In this document: in pieces, positions 1 through 10,425 of the stretch
How the letters are laid out: each line of letters begins with the position of its first letter
How positions within the stretch are numbered: the stretch's first letter is position 1
Source of the DNA: an uncultured Bdellovibrionales bacterium
Lineage (GTDB): Bacteria; Patescibacteriota; Minisyncoccia; Moranbacterales; UBA9337
DNA length: 64,000 nucleotides
Direction of reading: 5' to 3'
Assembly: GCA_964605525.1 (NCBI GenBank)
Contig: CAZSCV010000002.1
Location: 5,888-69,887 of the forward strand
Made by a program: the position numbers and the translations under genes
Notes under the pieces: generated by a model
Told to the model about the DNA's origin: nothing
Seen by the model: only the letters and a program-made list of their open reading frames with translations
Database searches by the model: none

Positions 1-531
1 TTGATCTACACCAAGATAACTGGCGACAAGGAGGTTGTTGCGGTTTACTGGTATGACGAGGGAAAAAAGAATCAATGTGATTTTAGTTTGCATATTACTC
101 CAAGAGAAATATGCAGGCGGCTTGCGGCGGATCCGAAGATCTTCCGAGCAATGTTTCTGGGACAATTGAAGGATTTCCCAAGAAACAATGAATTTTTTTC
201 AAGCATTGCCAATAATTTCCATGGTGATGCAGAGAGGTGGATCCTGTTTGCGGTTGCTCCGGCCGGGATGGGCACTGAACAGGAAAATGGATTTGTCATC
301 CCGGCGAGTTTTATGTCAGAAGTTGCAATCAGCACAAAGGATGGAAAAATGATTTGCCCTGATAACTATGTGAAACTTGATGAGTGGGATTCAGCAGTGC
401 GTTCTTTGAATAGTGGTCGTTTTATTTCGGTCGCATACAATGTGGAAACAAGCATGATGAATTTGTCGCAGGGAATTCCGGATCTTATGGAGATCGAGCC
501 ATTGAGTTCAGATGAGATTGATGGCTGTTGA
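1..531 (+). CDS. hypothetical protein, 5' end outside window
   Basis: Open frame runs from the window edge to TGA at 529-531; no recognisable catalytic motif; followed by a hairpin plus T-tract. Confidence 0.4.
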   Translation: MIYTKITGDKEVVAVYWYDEGKKNQCDFSLHITPREICRRLAADPKIFRAMFLGQLKDFPRNNEFFSSIANNFHGDAERWILFAVAPAGMGTEQENGFVIPASFMSEVAISTKDGKMICPDNYVKLDEWDSAVRSLNSGRFISVAYNVETSMMNLSQGIPDLMEIEPLSSDEIDGC

Positions 532-560
532 TATTTCATTGCACGGATATTGTGCAAAGT

Positions 561-598
561 GCGGATTCTCTTTATCGAGAACCCGCTTTTTTATTTTT
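561..598 (+). terminator. rho-independent terminator-like hairpin (GCGGATTCTC..GAGAACCCGC) followed by TTTTTTATTTTT
   Basis: Near-perfect inverted repeat immediately followed by a T-tract, just downstream of the ORF 1..531 stop. Confidence 0.5.
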
Positions 599-759
599 GG
601 CAGTCTTAGATGAAAGTTGTATAATAAAAGAAAAAAAGGAGAAGATATTAAATAATAAAAAATATGTCTGAAAAAATAATTCAATTTAGCGGAGAGTGGA
701 AGGGTAAATAGTCGGATCCGACTGAATCTCGAAAAAATAAAAAAGAAACCGAGATTATA

Positions 760-999
760 TTGGATATGAAAAAGTATCTTTGGCTGATGGGTAAGTTAAG
801 CGAATTAAAAACAGAAAAACCAGGATTATTTAACGAAGAAAAAATTCGCTATGAAATGGGGGCGGTGCATGATTATGATGATTATGAATTGATAATGAAA
901 ATAAATAATTGTACCGAAAATATTATCAGAAGTAATCCTATTTTGTATATGGCAATAAATCGAGAAGCTTGGTTTAGGAATATTGCAGGGAATAAATAG
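760..999 (+). CDS. small hypothetical protein (79 aa)
   Basis: ORF only; no motif and no SD; could be non-coding. Confidence 0.25.
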   Translation: MDMKKYLWLMGKLSELKTEKPGLFNEEKIRYEMGAVHDYDDYELIMKINNCTENIIRSNPILYMAINREAWFRNIAGNK

Positions 1000-1042
1000 T
1001 TTTTTTTGAAATATTCGATGGAAAATTTCTGTAAATAATATT

Positions 1043-3034
1043 ATGAAGACTAGAAAAAGCAAAATTAAAAGAGGTTTCTTTTTTTATCTCAAACAAACAG
1101 TTTTGGGAATTTTTGATGCTGGGATGATTTTAGCAGGAGTACTTGTTGTCGTGGCAACGCTTTTCTATTTGGATACTCCTGCGATTGGAGATTTGTCAAA
1201 ACGCCAAATCGCACAAACATCAGTGATTTACGATCGAACTGGAGAGCATATTTTGTATGAACTTTTTGGAGAAGAAAATCGGGAAATTTTGAGTCATAAT
1301 GAAATTCCCGACATTGTGAGAATTGCGACTATTGCCGCTGAAGACGATGCTTTTTATTCGCACATTGGGATTGACTTAAAATCAATTTTGCGGGCGGCGA
1401 AAGTCAATGCCGAAAGTGATTCAATCGAACAAGGCGCATCAACCATCACCCAACAATTGGCGCGAAGTATTTTTCTCAATAACAAAAAAACTCTCGAACG
1501 AAAAATAAAAGAAATGATTCTGGCGATGAAAATCGAGAGAAAATATTCTAAGGATGAAATTTTGGATATGTATTTGAATGAAGTTCCATATGGATCAAAT
1601 GCCTATGGAATTGCCATGGCAGCGCAAACATTTTTTGGCAAACAGGCAAATGAATTGTCAATGGATGAGGCGGCTCTTTTGGCGGCGCTCCCAAAAGCGA
1701 CTACGCACTATTCTCCCCATGGGAAGAACAAAAAAGAATTGGAAATCCGCCGAAAAAAAATAATCAGAAGGATCGGAGAATTGAAATTGGTGAAAAATGA
1801 AGAAATTCAGAAAGCTTTGGCATGGGATACTCTTGGAAAAATCATTCCGTTGAAAAGAAAAATCAATGCCCCGCATTTTGTTTTTTATGTTTTAGATAAA
1901 CTGAAAAAAAATTATAGCCGGGATTTTTTGGAAAAAAGCGGATGGAAGATTTTAACAAGTTTGGATTGGGAAATGCAAAAAGAAGCGGAAAAAATTGTGA
2001 GGGATGGAGTGGCTGCAGATGAAAAAAGATACCGAGCGACCAACGGTTCGTTAGTGGCAATTAATCCAAAAACTGGAGAAATTTTGGCAATGGTCGGAAG
2101 CCGGAATTATTTTGACAGTGCGATTGACGGACAAGTTAATGTCACACTCCAGCTTCGCCAGCCCGGCAGCGCGTTCAAGCCGATTGTCTATGCCAGGGCA
2201 ATGGAAGAAGGTTACCAGCCGGAAACCATGCTTTATGACGAGCAAACTAATTTCGGCCCAGACGGGTCCGGTAGAAATTATACTCCTCAAAATTATGATG
2301 GAAAATTTCACGGCGCAGTTTCTGTTCGTCAGGCTTTGGCGATGTCACTTAATATTCCGGCGGTAAAGACTTTGCGATATGCGGGAATTGACGATGTATT
2401 GGAATTGGCGCGCAGAATGGGAATTACCACGCTCACTGACCGAAAAAATTACGGACTTTCCCTGGCGCTGGGAGGCGGAGCCATAAATCTTCTGGAAGGA
2501 ACTTCCGCTTTTTCGGTTTTTGCCAATGATGGAATTCGCAATGATCCTGTTTCAATAATAAAAATCAGCAATGCCAGTGGAAAAGTTGGGTATGAATTTT
2601 CTTCCAATGGAAAAAAAGTTATTGATCCGCAAATTGCCAGAAAAATAAATTCTATTCTTTCTGACAATAAAGCGCGCACTCCGATTTTCGGTCCAAATAA
2701 TATGTTGCATATTGATGGCGTCAACGTTGCTGCTAAGACCGGAACCAACCAGGATTATCGCGATGGATGGACAATCGGATATACGCCGAATTTGGCGGCT
2801 GGGGTTTGGATTGGAAATAACGACAACTCCTCAATGGCGTATGGAGCTGACGGAAGTTATGTCGCCGCGCCGATCTGGCACAGTTTCATGGTCAAATTTT
2901 TGGGCAGATTTTCCAATGATAAATTTGCCGAATATGATAAAAAAGATTTGCCAAAAAAGCTAGTCTTCGGAGAACCGCAAAAAAGAGAAATGACAAAAGA
3001 CAAAACAAAAAAGAACAAGAAAAGTAAAAAATAA
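1043..3034 (+). CDS. class A penicillin-binding protein (bifunctional transglycosylase/transpeptidase, PBP1A-type)
   Basis: N-terminal TM segment; GT51 motif EDDAFYSHIGID..QGASTITQQLAR; transpeptidase motifs SAFKP (SxxK) and KTGT; K-rich C-terminal tail. Confidence 0.9.
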   Translation: MKTRKSKIKRGFFFYLKQTVLGIFDAGMILAGVLVVVATLFYLDTPAIGDLSKRQIAQTSVIYDRTGEHILYELFGEENREILSHNEIPDIVRIATIAAEDDAFYSHIGIDLKSILRAAKVNAESDSIEQGASTITQQLARSIFLNNKKTLERKIKEMILAMKIERKYSKDEILDMYLNEVPYGSNAYGIAMAAQTFFGKQANELSMDEAALLAALPKATTHYSPHGKNKKELEIRRKKIIRRIGELKLVKNEEIQKALAWDTLGKIIPLKRKINAPHFVFYVLDKLKKNYSRDFLEKSGWKILTSLDWEMQKEAEKIVRDGVAADEKRYRATNGSLVAINPKTGEILAMVGSRNYFDSAIDGQVNVTLQLRQPGSAFKPIVYARAMEEGYQPETMLYDEQTNFGPDGSGRNYTPQNYDGKFHGAVSVRQALAMSLNIPAVKTLRYAGIDDVLELARRMGITTLTDRKNYGLSLALGGGAINLLEGTSAFSVFANDGIRNDPVSIIKISNASGKVGYEFSSNGKKVIDPQIARKINSILSDNKARTPIFGPNNMLHIDGVNVAAKTGTNQDYRDGWTIGYTPNLAAGVWIGNNDNSSMAYGADGSYVAAPIWHSFMVKFLGRFSNDKFAEYDKKDLPKKLVFGEPQKREMTKDKTKKNKKSKK

Positions 3035-3134
3035 CAGTTATTGTGCCAGGTTGATTTGTATTGTATAGTAAGCAATAGATGAGGTTTTATGCAGATCTAT
3101 TGAAACTTTCAGTTCAGATTTCTTATAAAATTTA

Positions 3135-3698
3135 ATGAATAGAAAAAGGGAAATAAAAATCAAAGATAAAAAGATTGATTATAACATTCGCAAAAGTTCA
3201 CGTATCAGCTATTTGCGCCTTACGATTTGTGATCAAGGGAAACTCACTATCACTGTTCCTTGCGGAGTGGGATTGGGAGAATTGGAAAAATTCATCTACC
3301 AAAAGGGAGATTGGATTTTGGACAAACTGGAATTTTTTCGAAGTAGGAGAAAGAATGCCAAATTTGTTTCCAGTCGGGAGGAATATTTGCAAAAAAAGTC
3401 CGAAGCGAGAAAAATTATTTCAAAAAAGGCGGATTTTTTCTGCCAAAAATTTGGTTTTACATATAATAAAATTTCCATCCGCAATCAGAGATCAAGATGG
3501 GGAAGTTGTTCGAGCCGTGGAAATTTAAGCTTTCATTATAAACTGGCGGATATGCCGGAGCGATGCGTTGATTATGTGGTGGCGCATGAACTTTGTCATT
3601 TGAAAGAAATGAACCATTCTAGAAAATTTTGGAATCTGGTATCCCGGATAACTCCTGACTACAAAAAAATAATCAAAGAAATGAAGAGTTTCAGTTGA
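3135..3698 (+). CDS. YgjP/DUF45-family zinc metallohydrolase (M48-like, HExxH)
   Basis: WGSCSSRGNLSFHYKL..VVAHELCHLKEMNHSRKFW matches the YgjP family signature. Confidence 0.7.
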   Translation: MNRKREIKIKDKKIDYNIRKSSRISYLRLTICDQGKLTITVPCGVGLGELEKFIYQKGDWILDKLEFFRSRRKNAKFVSSREEYLQKKSEARKIISKKADFFCQKFGFTYNKISIRNQRSRWGSCSSRGNLSFHYKLADMPERCVDYVVAHELCHLKEMNHSRKFWNLVSRITPDYKKIIKEMKSFS

Positions 3699-3715
3699 AT
3701 CAAGGCCCGGATATT

Positions 3716-3750
3716 TGACAAGTTTCCAAATGTTTTATACTATATACTTT
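3716..3750 (+). promoter_or_regulatory. sigma70-like promoter candidate upstream of rpsL (TTGACA-N17-TACTAT)
   Basis: Consensus -35 hexamer and a plausible -10 about 60 bp upstream of the rpsL ATG. Confidence 0.35.
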
Positions 3751-3811
3751 GCTAGGGAACTAGCGATTTTTAGTTTTGAATTTTTAAATAATTTTGATTA
3801 TTACCTAAATT

Positions 3812-4231
3812 ATGCCAACAATCAACCAGCTTAAGAGAAAAGCAAGAAAATCAATCAAGAAAAAGACAAAATCCCCTGCAATGACTTTTGTTTTCAATAC
3901 AATCAAAAATCGCCCAGTGGACTCGCAAGCTCCTTTCAAACGTGGAGTTTGTCTTAAGGTTTCAACAACTACACCGAAAAAACCAAACTCAGCTCTTCGA
4001 AAAATCGCCAGAGTGCGCCTTACGAACGGATCAGAAGTGACTGCTTATATTCCCGGAGTTGGACATAATCTTCAAGAGCATTCAATCGTGGTGATTCGCG
4101 GAGGAAGAGTAAAAGATCTTCCTGGAGTCCGCTATCATGTTGTGCGGGGAGTTATGGATACATCCGGAGTAGACGGAAGAAAAAGAGGCAGGTCGAAATA
4201 TGGAGCAAAAAGACCAAAAAGTAAAGAATAA
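3812..4231 (+). CDS. rpsL: 30S ribosomal protein S12
   Basis: [28 protein letters not shown], conserved S12 sequence; first gene of the str operon. Confidence 0.96.
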   Translation: MPTINQLKRKARKSIKKKTKSPAMTFVFNTIKNRPVDSQAPFKRGVCLKVSTTTPKKPNSALRKIARVRLTNGSEVTAYIPGVGHNLQEHSIVVIRGGRVKDLPGVRYHVVRGVMDTSGVDGRKRGRSKYGAKRPKSKE

Positions 4232-4276
4232 TCAATAGAAGTGTTTTCGTATAAGCAATTAAACTATTATAATAAG

Positions 4277-4375
4277 AATTTTCAATTTTCAATTTTCAAT
4301 TTTCAAACAATTTTCAATTTATGAATTCAATAAATTGGGATTTAATTAGAAATTAGAAATTAGAAATTAGAAATT
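4277..4375 (+). repeat. two blocks of tandem heptamers, (AATTTTC)x4 and (TAGAAAT)x4, in the rpsL-rpsG spacer
   Basis: Direct reading: aattttc repeated 4 times at 4277-4304 (plus a degenerate copy), and tagaaat repeated 4 times at 4347-4374. Confidence 0.8.
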
Positions 4376-4384
4376 GAGGTAAAT

Positions 4385-4855
4385 ATGGCAAGAAGAAAAA
4401 GAAAATTTGCAGAAACTTGGAAACCGGATCCTAAATATGGAAATATTTTGGTAGGCCGTTTTGTTGGAAGTATTTTGAGGGACGGAAAAAGAAGCGTAGC
4501 GGAAAAGGTTGTCTATGAATCTTTTGAAGCTATTCATGAAAAAACCGGAAAGGGAGGATTGAATGTTTTTGAACAAGCTATTAAAAATGTTTCTCCACTC
4601 CTTGCAATCAAATCCCGCCGAATCGGGGGAGCAAATTATCAAGTTCCTGTCCAGGTTTCCGGCGAACGGCGCCAGACATTGGCAATGCGCTGGATAAAAG
4701 ATGCTTGCCGGGCGAGAAAAGGAAAAGGTATGGCTCAAAAACTTGCTGATGAACTTATTGAAGCGGCCCAAAAAACTGGAGCAGCAATGAAAAAAAGAGA
4801 GGATACACATCGAATGGCCGAAGCAAACAAAGCTTTCGCGCACTTTGGAAACTAA
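4385..4855 (+). CDS. rpsG: 30S ribosomal protein S7
   Basis: MARRKRKF..PDPKYGN..conserved S7 core; GAGG SD-like sequence 8 nt upstream. Confidence 0.96.
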   Translation: MARRKRKFAETWKPDPKYGNILVGRFVGSILRDGKRSVAEKVVYESFEAIHEKTGKGGLNVFEQAIKNVSPLLAIKSRRIGGANYQVPVQVSGERRQTLAMRWIKDACRARKGKGMAQKLADELIEAAQKTGAAMKKREDTHRMAEANKAFAHFGN

Positions 4856-4931
4856 ATATAATATGCAAACTTCCGCCATTTGCTTGGCGGGCATAAATTT
4901 ACAAAACGTAAACTTGTTTTTATAAATATCT

Positions 4932-7016
4932 ATGGAAAATAAAATTGTTCCTATCGAAAAATTAAGAAATATCGGAATCATCGCTCATATTGACGGAGGA
5001 AAAACAACTACCACTGAGCGTATTTTGTTTTATACGGGAATCACTCATAAGATTGGAGAGGTTCACGAGGGAGAAGCGGTAATGGATTGGATGGAGCAAG
5101 AAAGAGAGCGCGGAATTACGATTACCAGCGCTGCAACTACTTGTTTTTGGAAGGAGCACCAAATTAATATTATTGATACTCCGGGACACGTGGACTTTAC
5201 TGTTGAAGTAGAGCGCTCACTTCGTGTTTTGGATGGAGCGGTTGTTGTTTTTGATGGAAAGGAAGGAGTTGAACCGCAATCTGAAACTGTTTGGCGCCAA
5301 GCTGATAAATATAACGTGCCGAGAATTTGTTTTGTGAACAAGATTGACAAAGAAGGTGCAGATTTTGACCAAGCAATGAAATCAATCTGGAACCGTCTTA
5401 CTCCGAATGCGGTTGCTATTCAAATTCCAATCGGAGAAAGAGGAGATTTTTCGGGAATTGTCGATTTGGTAAAAATGAAAGCTTATACTTTTGCCGGACA
5501 AATGGGAGAGGAAATTATTGAAAGTGAAATTCCGGCGGAACTTGCCCAAAAAGCCAAGCAAGCGCGTGAAAATATGGTGGAAAAAATTGCAGAAACTGAT
5601 GATGCGCTCACGGAAAAATTTCTTAATGGAGAAGAGATTTCCATTGATGAATTGATGAAATCATTACGAAAAGCCGTTATTGATGTGAAGCTGATTCCGG
5701 TTCTTTTAGGAACGGCTCTTCGAAACAAGGGAGTGCAATTGGTATTGGATGCGGTAGTTAATTATTTGCCAGCGCCGATTGATTTGCCTCCGGTAAAAGG
5801 AATTAATACAAAAACTGAAGAAGATATCACAATCAGTCCGAGAGATGAAAAATTTGTAGCTTTGGCGTTTAAGGTAGCTACTGATCCTTTCGTTGGACAA
5901 CTTACTTTTTTTCGAATTTATTCAGGAAAAGTAAAAGCCGGTTCATATGTCTATAATTCTATCAAAGAAGAGAAGGAAAGAATTGGAAGAATTTTGCGAA
6001 TGCATTCCAATCATCGTGAGGAAGTGGAAGAATTGGGAACCGGAGAAATTGGAGCGTTGGTAGGAATGAAAAATACAACCACCGGAGATACTTTGACGGA
6101 AATCGGAAATCCGGTAGTGCTTGAAAAAATTATTTTTCCCGAACCGGTTATTGATATCGCAGTTGAGCCAAAGACAAAAGCTGATCAAGAAAAAATGGGA
6201 ATGGCACTTAAAAAATTGTCCGAAGAAGATCCGACTTTCCGTGTACGAAGCGATGAAGAAACCGGACAGACAATTATTTCCGGAATGGGAGAACTTCACT
6301 TGGATGTGTTGGTTGACCGAATGAAAAGAGAATTCAAAGTGGAAGCGAATATCGGACAGCCGCAAGTTGCCTATCGAGAAACTATCAAGATATCAGCGGA
6401 AGCGGAAGGAAAATATATCAAACAATCTGGAGGACGTGGACAATATGGACATTGTTGGATTCGTTTGGAACCGCAAGAGCCTGGAAAAGATTTTGAATTT
6501 GTCGATGAAATCAAGGGAGGAGTTATTCCTCAAGAATATATCGCGCCGATTGGAAAAGGAATCAAGGAGGCGATGCTAAATGGAGTTATCGCCGGATATC
6601 CGATGGTGGATATCAAAGCGACTTTGTATGACGGGTCGTATCATGAGGTGGATTCATCGGAAGCAGCTTTCAAGATTGCCGGTTCAATGGCATTTCAAGC
6701 GGCAGCCAAAAGAGCTAATCCTATCCTGCTGGAGCCGGTAATGAAAGTTGTTGCAACAACGCCGGAAGGTTTTATGGGAGATGTTGTGGGAGATATCAAT
6801 TCCCGCCGAGGAATTATCAAGGAGATTAATGATCGTGGAGAGGGAAATGCGGTAGTAAAAGAAATTGAAGCGGAAGTGCCACTTGCAAATATGTTTGGAT
6901 ATGCAACTCAACTTCGCAGCATGACTCAGGGTCGTGCCAGCTACGCAATGGAATTCAATCATTACGCCGAAGTCCCAAAAAACGTTGCTGAAGAAATTAC
7001 TGGAAAAGGGAAATAA
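4932..7016 (+). CDS. fusA: elongation factor G
   Basis: G-domain motifs [18 protein letters not shown]; full-length 694-aa EF-G; follows rpsL-rpsG. Confidence 0.97.
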   Translation: MENKIVPIEKLRNIGIIAHIDGGKTTTTERILFYTGITHKIGEVHEGEAVMDWMEQERERGITITSAATTCFWKEHQINIIDTPGHVDFTVEVERSLRVLDGAVVVFDGKEGVEPQSETVWRQADKYNVPRICFVNKIDKEGADFDQAMKSIWNRLTPNAVAIQIPIGERGDFSGIVDLVKMKAYTFAGQMGEEIIESEIPAELAQKAKQARENMVEKIAETDDALTEKFLNGEEISIDELMKSLRKAVIDVKLIPVLLGTALRNKGVQLVLDAVVNYLPAPIDLPPVKGINTKTEEDITISPRDEKFVALAFKVATDPFVGQLTFFRIYSGKVKAGSYVYNSIKEEKERIGRILRMHSNHREEVEELGTGEIGALVGMKNTTTGDTLTEIGNPVVLEKIIFPEPVIDIAVEPKTKADQEKMGMALKKLSEEDPTFRVRSDEETGQTIISGMGELHLDVLVDRMKREFKVEANIGQPQVAYRETIKISAEAEGKYIKQSGGRGQYGHCWIRLEPQEPGKDFEFVDEIKGGVIPQEYIAPIGKGIKEAMLNGVIAGYPMVDIKATLYDGSYHEVDSSEAAFKIAGSMAFQAAAKRANPILLEPVMKVVATTPEGFMGDVVGDINSRRGIIKEINDRGEGNAVVKEIEAEVPLANMFGYATQLRSMTQGRASYAMEFNHYAEVPKNVAEEITGKGK

Positions 7017-7051
7017 AAAATATTCTTGAAATACTTTCGATAAAAAATAGC

Positions 7052-7078
7052 TTCGCAGAAATGCGGGGCTGTTTTTTT
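7052..7078 (+). terminator. terminator-like motif TTCGCAGAAATGCGGGGCTGTTTTTTT after fusA; near-copy at 8568-8592
   Basis: Short stem cgca/tgcg followed by a G-run and T7; the same motif recurs upstream of tuf. Confidence 0.35.
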
Positions 7079-7149
7079 GGAAAACTGGTGATTACATAAA
7101 AAAAGATAAAAAATTTTACAACTAGGCGGTTTCGTGAAACAATTCAGAT

Positions 7150-8421
7150 ATGAAAAATAGTAGTAATAAAGAATATGACGTTATTGTTATTGGCGGCGGA
7201 CCGGCGGGAATGATGGCGGCGGGAAAAGCAGGGGAAACTGGCGCTCGGGTTTTGCTTGTGGAAAAAAATGAACAATTGGGCAGGAAATTGTTGCTTACCG
7301 GCAATGGACGTTGCAATATCACGCATGCGGAATTTGACAATAATGAGTTGGTGAAAAGTTTTGGAAAAAATGGCAAGTTTCTTTTTTCAGCGCTAAGTGT
7401 TTTTGGACCGGAAAAAGTGATGGAATTTTTTTCCGATTTGGGAGTGGCGACTAAAATTGAAAAAGGCGGGAAAGTTTTTCCAGTGAGCGACAATGCTCTG
7501 GATGTTTTGCAAGCGCTGGAAAAATACTTGAAAAAAAATGCAGTAGAAGTGATGACTGGCGCCAATGTTTTGGGGTTTGAAATGAAAAAAAGCAATGATA
7601 TAAAAAAAATAAAAGGAGTGCGATTAGATAGCGGAATTATTTTAGCGGATAAATTCATTCTGGCTACGGGCGGAAAATCTTATCCGGCGACTGGTTCGAC
7701 TGGCGATGGATATGTTTGGGCGCGTGAATGCGGACATGAAATAATAAATCCGCAGCCGGTATTAGCGCCGATTAAGACGCAAGAAATATGGGTCAAAGAA
7801 GCGCAGGGCGTGAGTTTGAAAAATATAAAAATCAGTTTAATGCAAAACGATAATAAGATTGGATTCCAATCGGGCGATTTGATTTTTACGCATTTTGGTG
7901 TGAGTGGTCCGGTCATCCTGAATCTCAGTCGAACACTGGCGGAATTGGAAAAAAAAGATGATCAATTTTTTCTCTCCATAGATTTGAAACCGGAAATGGA
8001 TAGAAATGAATTAGATGCGAGCATACAAAAAGATTTTGCACGTAATATTAATAAAGATATTGCTAACTATTTGCCGGAACTTGTGCCGCAAAAAATAGCG
8101 AAAATTATTTTGCATTTGGCGGGAATTCCAGCGGAGAAAAAAATAAATAACATTACTAAAAAGGAGCGTTTGGATATAGTAAGCCTGCTTAAAGATATGC
8201 GCCTTGGAGTTATTGGTAATACTGGATTTGCGCAAGCGATGGTGACCAAAGGAGGTGTGAATTTGAAAGAAGTTAATCCGAAAAATATGCAATCCAAAAT
8301 CGTGCCAAATCTTTTTCTGGCCGGTGAAATTCTTGATTTGGACGGTCCGACAGGTGGATATAATTTGCAGATATGCTGGAGTACCGGATATTCGGCCGGA
8401 ACAAGTTGCGCAAACTCTTGA
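7150..8421 (+). CDS. HI0933/BaiN-family FAD-dependent flavoprotein (NAD(P)/FAD oxidoreductase)
   Basis: N-terminal dinucleotide fold DVIVIGGGPAGMMAAGKAGE; overall HI0933-like architecture; inserted between fusA and tuf. Confidence 0.8.
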   Translation: MKNSSNKEYDVIVIGGGPAGMMAAGKAGETGARVLLVEKNEQLGRKLLLTGNGRCNITHAEFDNNELVKSFGKNGKFLFSALSVFGPEKVMEFFSDLGVATKIEKGGKVFPVSDNALDVLQALEKYLKKNAVEVMTGANVLGFEMKKSNDIKKIKGVRLDSGIILADKFILATGGKSYPATGSTGDGYVWARECGHEIINPQPVLAPIKTQEIWVKEAQGVSLKNIKISLMQNDNKIGFQSGDLIFTHFGVSGPVILNLSRTLAELEKKDDQFFLSIDLKPEMDRNELDASIQKDFARNINKDIANYLPELVPQKIAKIILHLAGIPAEKKINNITKKERLDIVSLLKDMRLGVIGNTGFAQAMVTKGGVNLKEVNPKNMQSKIVPNLFLAGEILDLDGPTGGYNLQICWSTGYSAGTSCANS

Positions 8422-8447
8422 CAGGATTTATTTTGATTGATATTATG
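8419..8447 (+). promoter_or_regulatory. sigma70-like promoter candidate for tuf (TTGACA-N17-TATTAT); a second candidate (TTGACA..TAAAAT) lies at 8486-8513
   Basis: Consensus -35 hexamer overlapping the flavoprotein stop, 17-nt spacer, near-consensus -10. Confidence 0.4.
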
Positions 8448-8637
8448 AGCAAGTTGAATTTTTTGTTTATACACATACGGAAGGGGTTGACAGTTGGTAG
8501 GATTCTGTTAAAATAGAAATACGTTAAAAAACGAAGTTAAAACATTATTATTTAAGTAATTAACAAGTTCGCAAGAATGCGGGGATTGTTTTGGCGCTTT
8601 GGTCGAAACCTCTGTAATACTTGCAAAAAATAAAACT

Positions 8638-9828
8638 ATGGCAGAGAAATTTAATCGCGACAAGACACATGTTAATGTAGGAACAATCGGACATGTTGAT
8701 CATGGAAAAACAACATTGACTGCTGCTATTCTTCATGTTTTGAGTTTGAAAGGAATGGCAAAAGAAAAAAATGTTAGTGAAATCGACAATGCTCCTGAAG
8801 AGAGAGAGCGTGGAATCACTATTGCTACTTCCCACTGTGAATATCAATCAGACAAGAGACACTATGCTCACGTTGATTGTCCGGGACATGCTGATTATAT
8901 CAAAAATATGATTACCGGAGCAGCTCAGATGGACGGAGCGGTCTTGGTTGTGAGCGCGACTGATGGTCCTATGCCACAAACACGAGAACACATTCTTTTG
9001 GCTCGTCAAGTTGGAGTGCCTGCAATCGTTGTTTTCATCAACAAAATTGATATGGTTGATGACTTGGAATTGATTGATTTGGTTGAAGCTGAAGTCCGAG
9101 AACTTTTGTCAAAATATGAATTTGACGGAGATAATGCGACTGTTGTTCGTGGAAGCGCAGTTAAAGCATTGGAAACTGCTTCCGTTGATGATGAAGCTGC
9201 AAAACCAATAATCGATTTGATTGCCGCTTTGGATGAAAAAATTCCTGATCCGATTCGAGATATTGAAAAACCTTTGCTTATGCCGATTGAAGATATTTTC
9301 TCAATCGAAGGACGCGGAACTGTTGCGACTGGAAGAATTGAAAGAGGTATTTTGAATTTGAACGACGAAGTTGAGATTATCGGAATTAAAGATACTCAAA
9401 AAACAGTTGTAACCGGAATCGAAATGTTTAACAAACAATTGGACAAAGGAATGGCTGGAGATAATGCCGGAGTTCTCTTGCGAGGAATCAAAAAAGAAGA
9501 TATTGAAAGAGGTCAAGTTATTGCAAAGCCTGGATCAATCACTCCGCACACCGAATTTGAAGGAGAAATTTATATTCTTTCCAAAGAAGAAGGTGGAAGA
9601 CACACTCCATTTTTCAAAGGATACAAACCTCAATTTTATATTCGAACAACTGATGTTACCGGAGAAGTTGAACTTCCAGAAGGAACTGAAATGGTTATGC
9701 CTGGAGATACTGTAAATTTGAAGATAAAACTGGGATCTCCTGTGGCTATGGAAGAAGGAATGAGATTTGCTATCCGCGAAGGAGGAAGAACTGTGGGAGC
9801 TGGTATTACTACTAAGATTATCAAGTAG
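8638..9828 (+). CDS. tuf: elongation factor Tu
   Basis: [42 protein letters not shown]; start taken at ATG 8638 rather than the upstream in-frame TTG at 8599. Confidence 0.97.
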   Translation: MAEKFNRDKTHVNVGTIGHVDHGKTTLTAAILHVLSLKGMAKEKNVSEIDNAPEERERGITIATSHCEYQSDKRHYAHVDCPGHADYIKNMITGAAQMDGAVLVVSATDGPMPQTREHILLARQVGVPAIVVFINKIDMVDDLELIDLVEAEVRELLSKYEFDGDNATVVRGSAVKALETASVDDEAAKPIIDLIAALDEKIPDPIRDIEKPLLMPIEDIFSIEGRGTVATGRIERGILNLNDEVEIIGIKDTQKTVVTGIEMFNKQLDKGMAGDNAGVLLRGIKKEDIERGQVIAKPGSITPHTEFEGEIYILSKEEGGRHTPFFKGYKPQFYIRTTDVTGEVELPEGTEMVMPGDTVNLKIKLGSPVAMEEGMRFAIREGGRTVGAGITTKIIK

Positions 9829-9842
9829 ATTTGATGTTGCTT

Positions 9843-9867
9843 TGGGAGCGGATTGCTCCGCTCCCCG
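9843..9867 (+). promoter_or_regulatory. GC-rich hairpin (GGGAGCGG-attgct-CCGCTCCC) between tuf and rpsJ; possible attenuator or terminator
   Basis: 8-bp perfect stem directly after the tuf stop; no strong T-tract. Confidence 0.3.
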
Positions 9868-9898
9868 AGCGTTTAATTACAAAATTTGAAAACTTAAG

Positions 9899-10222
9899 AT
9901 GACGAACAAACCCGAAGAACAATCAAGAATAAGGATCAAGATCAAGGCTTATGACAACAAAGTAATTGATCAGTCTGCCAAGCAGATTGTTGAAACTGCT
10001 TTGCGAAGCGGATCTGAAATTTCCGGTCCAATACCGCTTCCGACTGAAATCCATAAGGTTACGGTAAACAAATCTACATTTGTACATAAAGATGCCAGAG
10101 ATCAATATGAAATGAGAGTTCACAAGAGATTGATTGATATCATAAACCCGAAGCCGAAAACGATTGATGATCTGACTAATCTTGATTTGCCGGCAGGAGT
10201 AGACATTGAAATTAAGATGTGA
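9899..10222 (+). CDS. rpsJ: 30S ribosomal protein S10
   Basis: [10 protein letters not shown]..conserved S10 sequence; heads the S10 cluster. Confidence 0.96.
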   Translation: MTNKPEEQSRIRIKIKAYDNKVIDQSAKQIVETALRSGSEISGPIPLPTEIHKVTVNKSTFVHKDARDQYEMRVHKRLIDIINPKPKTIDDLTNLDLPAGVDIEIKM

Positions 10223-10425
10223 TAATATAAATCAATAGTCTTCGCTAAGTTTATTCTTAAATGTTTCCAGATGAGCTGTCGATAATTAGGAATTGAGTTA
10301 GCGAAGATTATAGATAATATCATTACTGGTTAAAGTCCCGATTTATTTTCCGGGATACTCAACTGGCCAATTCGAAAGAATAAAAACTGGCTTTGGGTAA
10401 AGCAGTTTTTTTATTGAAAAAGATT

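Noticed and set aside
3075-3105. 8-bp inverted repeat CAATAGAT..ATCTATTG after the PBP gene
   Set aside because: 14-nt loop and no T-tract; too weak to call a terminator.
4277-4375. Possible CRISPR-like array (short direct repeats)
   Set aside because: Units are 7-nt perfect tandem repeats with no spacers. The same goes for 33176-33207 (10-mers). Nothing in the window has repeat-spacer architecture, and no cas genes are present.
4367-4981. 204-aa minus-strand ORF overlapping rpsG
   Set aside because: Antisense shadow of a highly conserved r-protein gene with low-complexity composition and no motif. The same applies to the other minus-strand ORFs across the ribosomal cluster (for example 12788-13033 and 19376-19816) and to 7122-7658 opposite the flavoprotein gene.
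8599-8637. TTG-initiated 13-aa extension of tuf
   Set aside because: EF-Tu universally begins near MAKEKF/MAEKF; ATG 8638 gives the canonical N-terminus.
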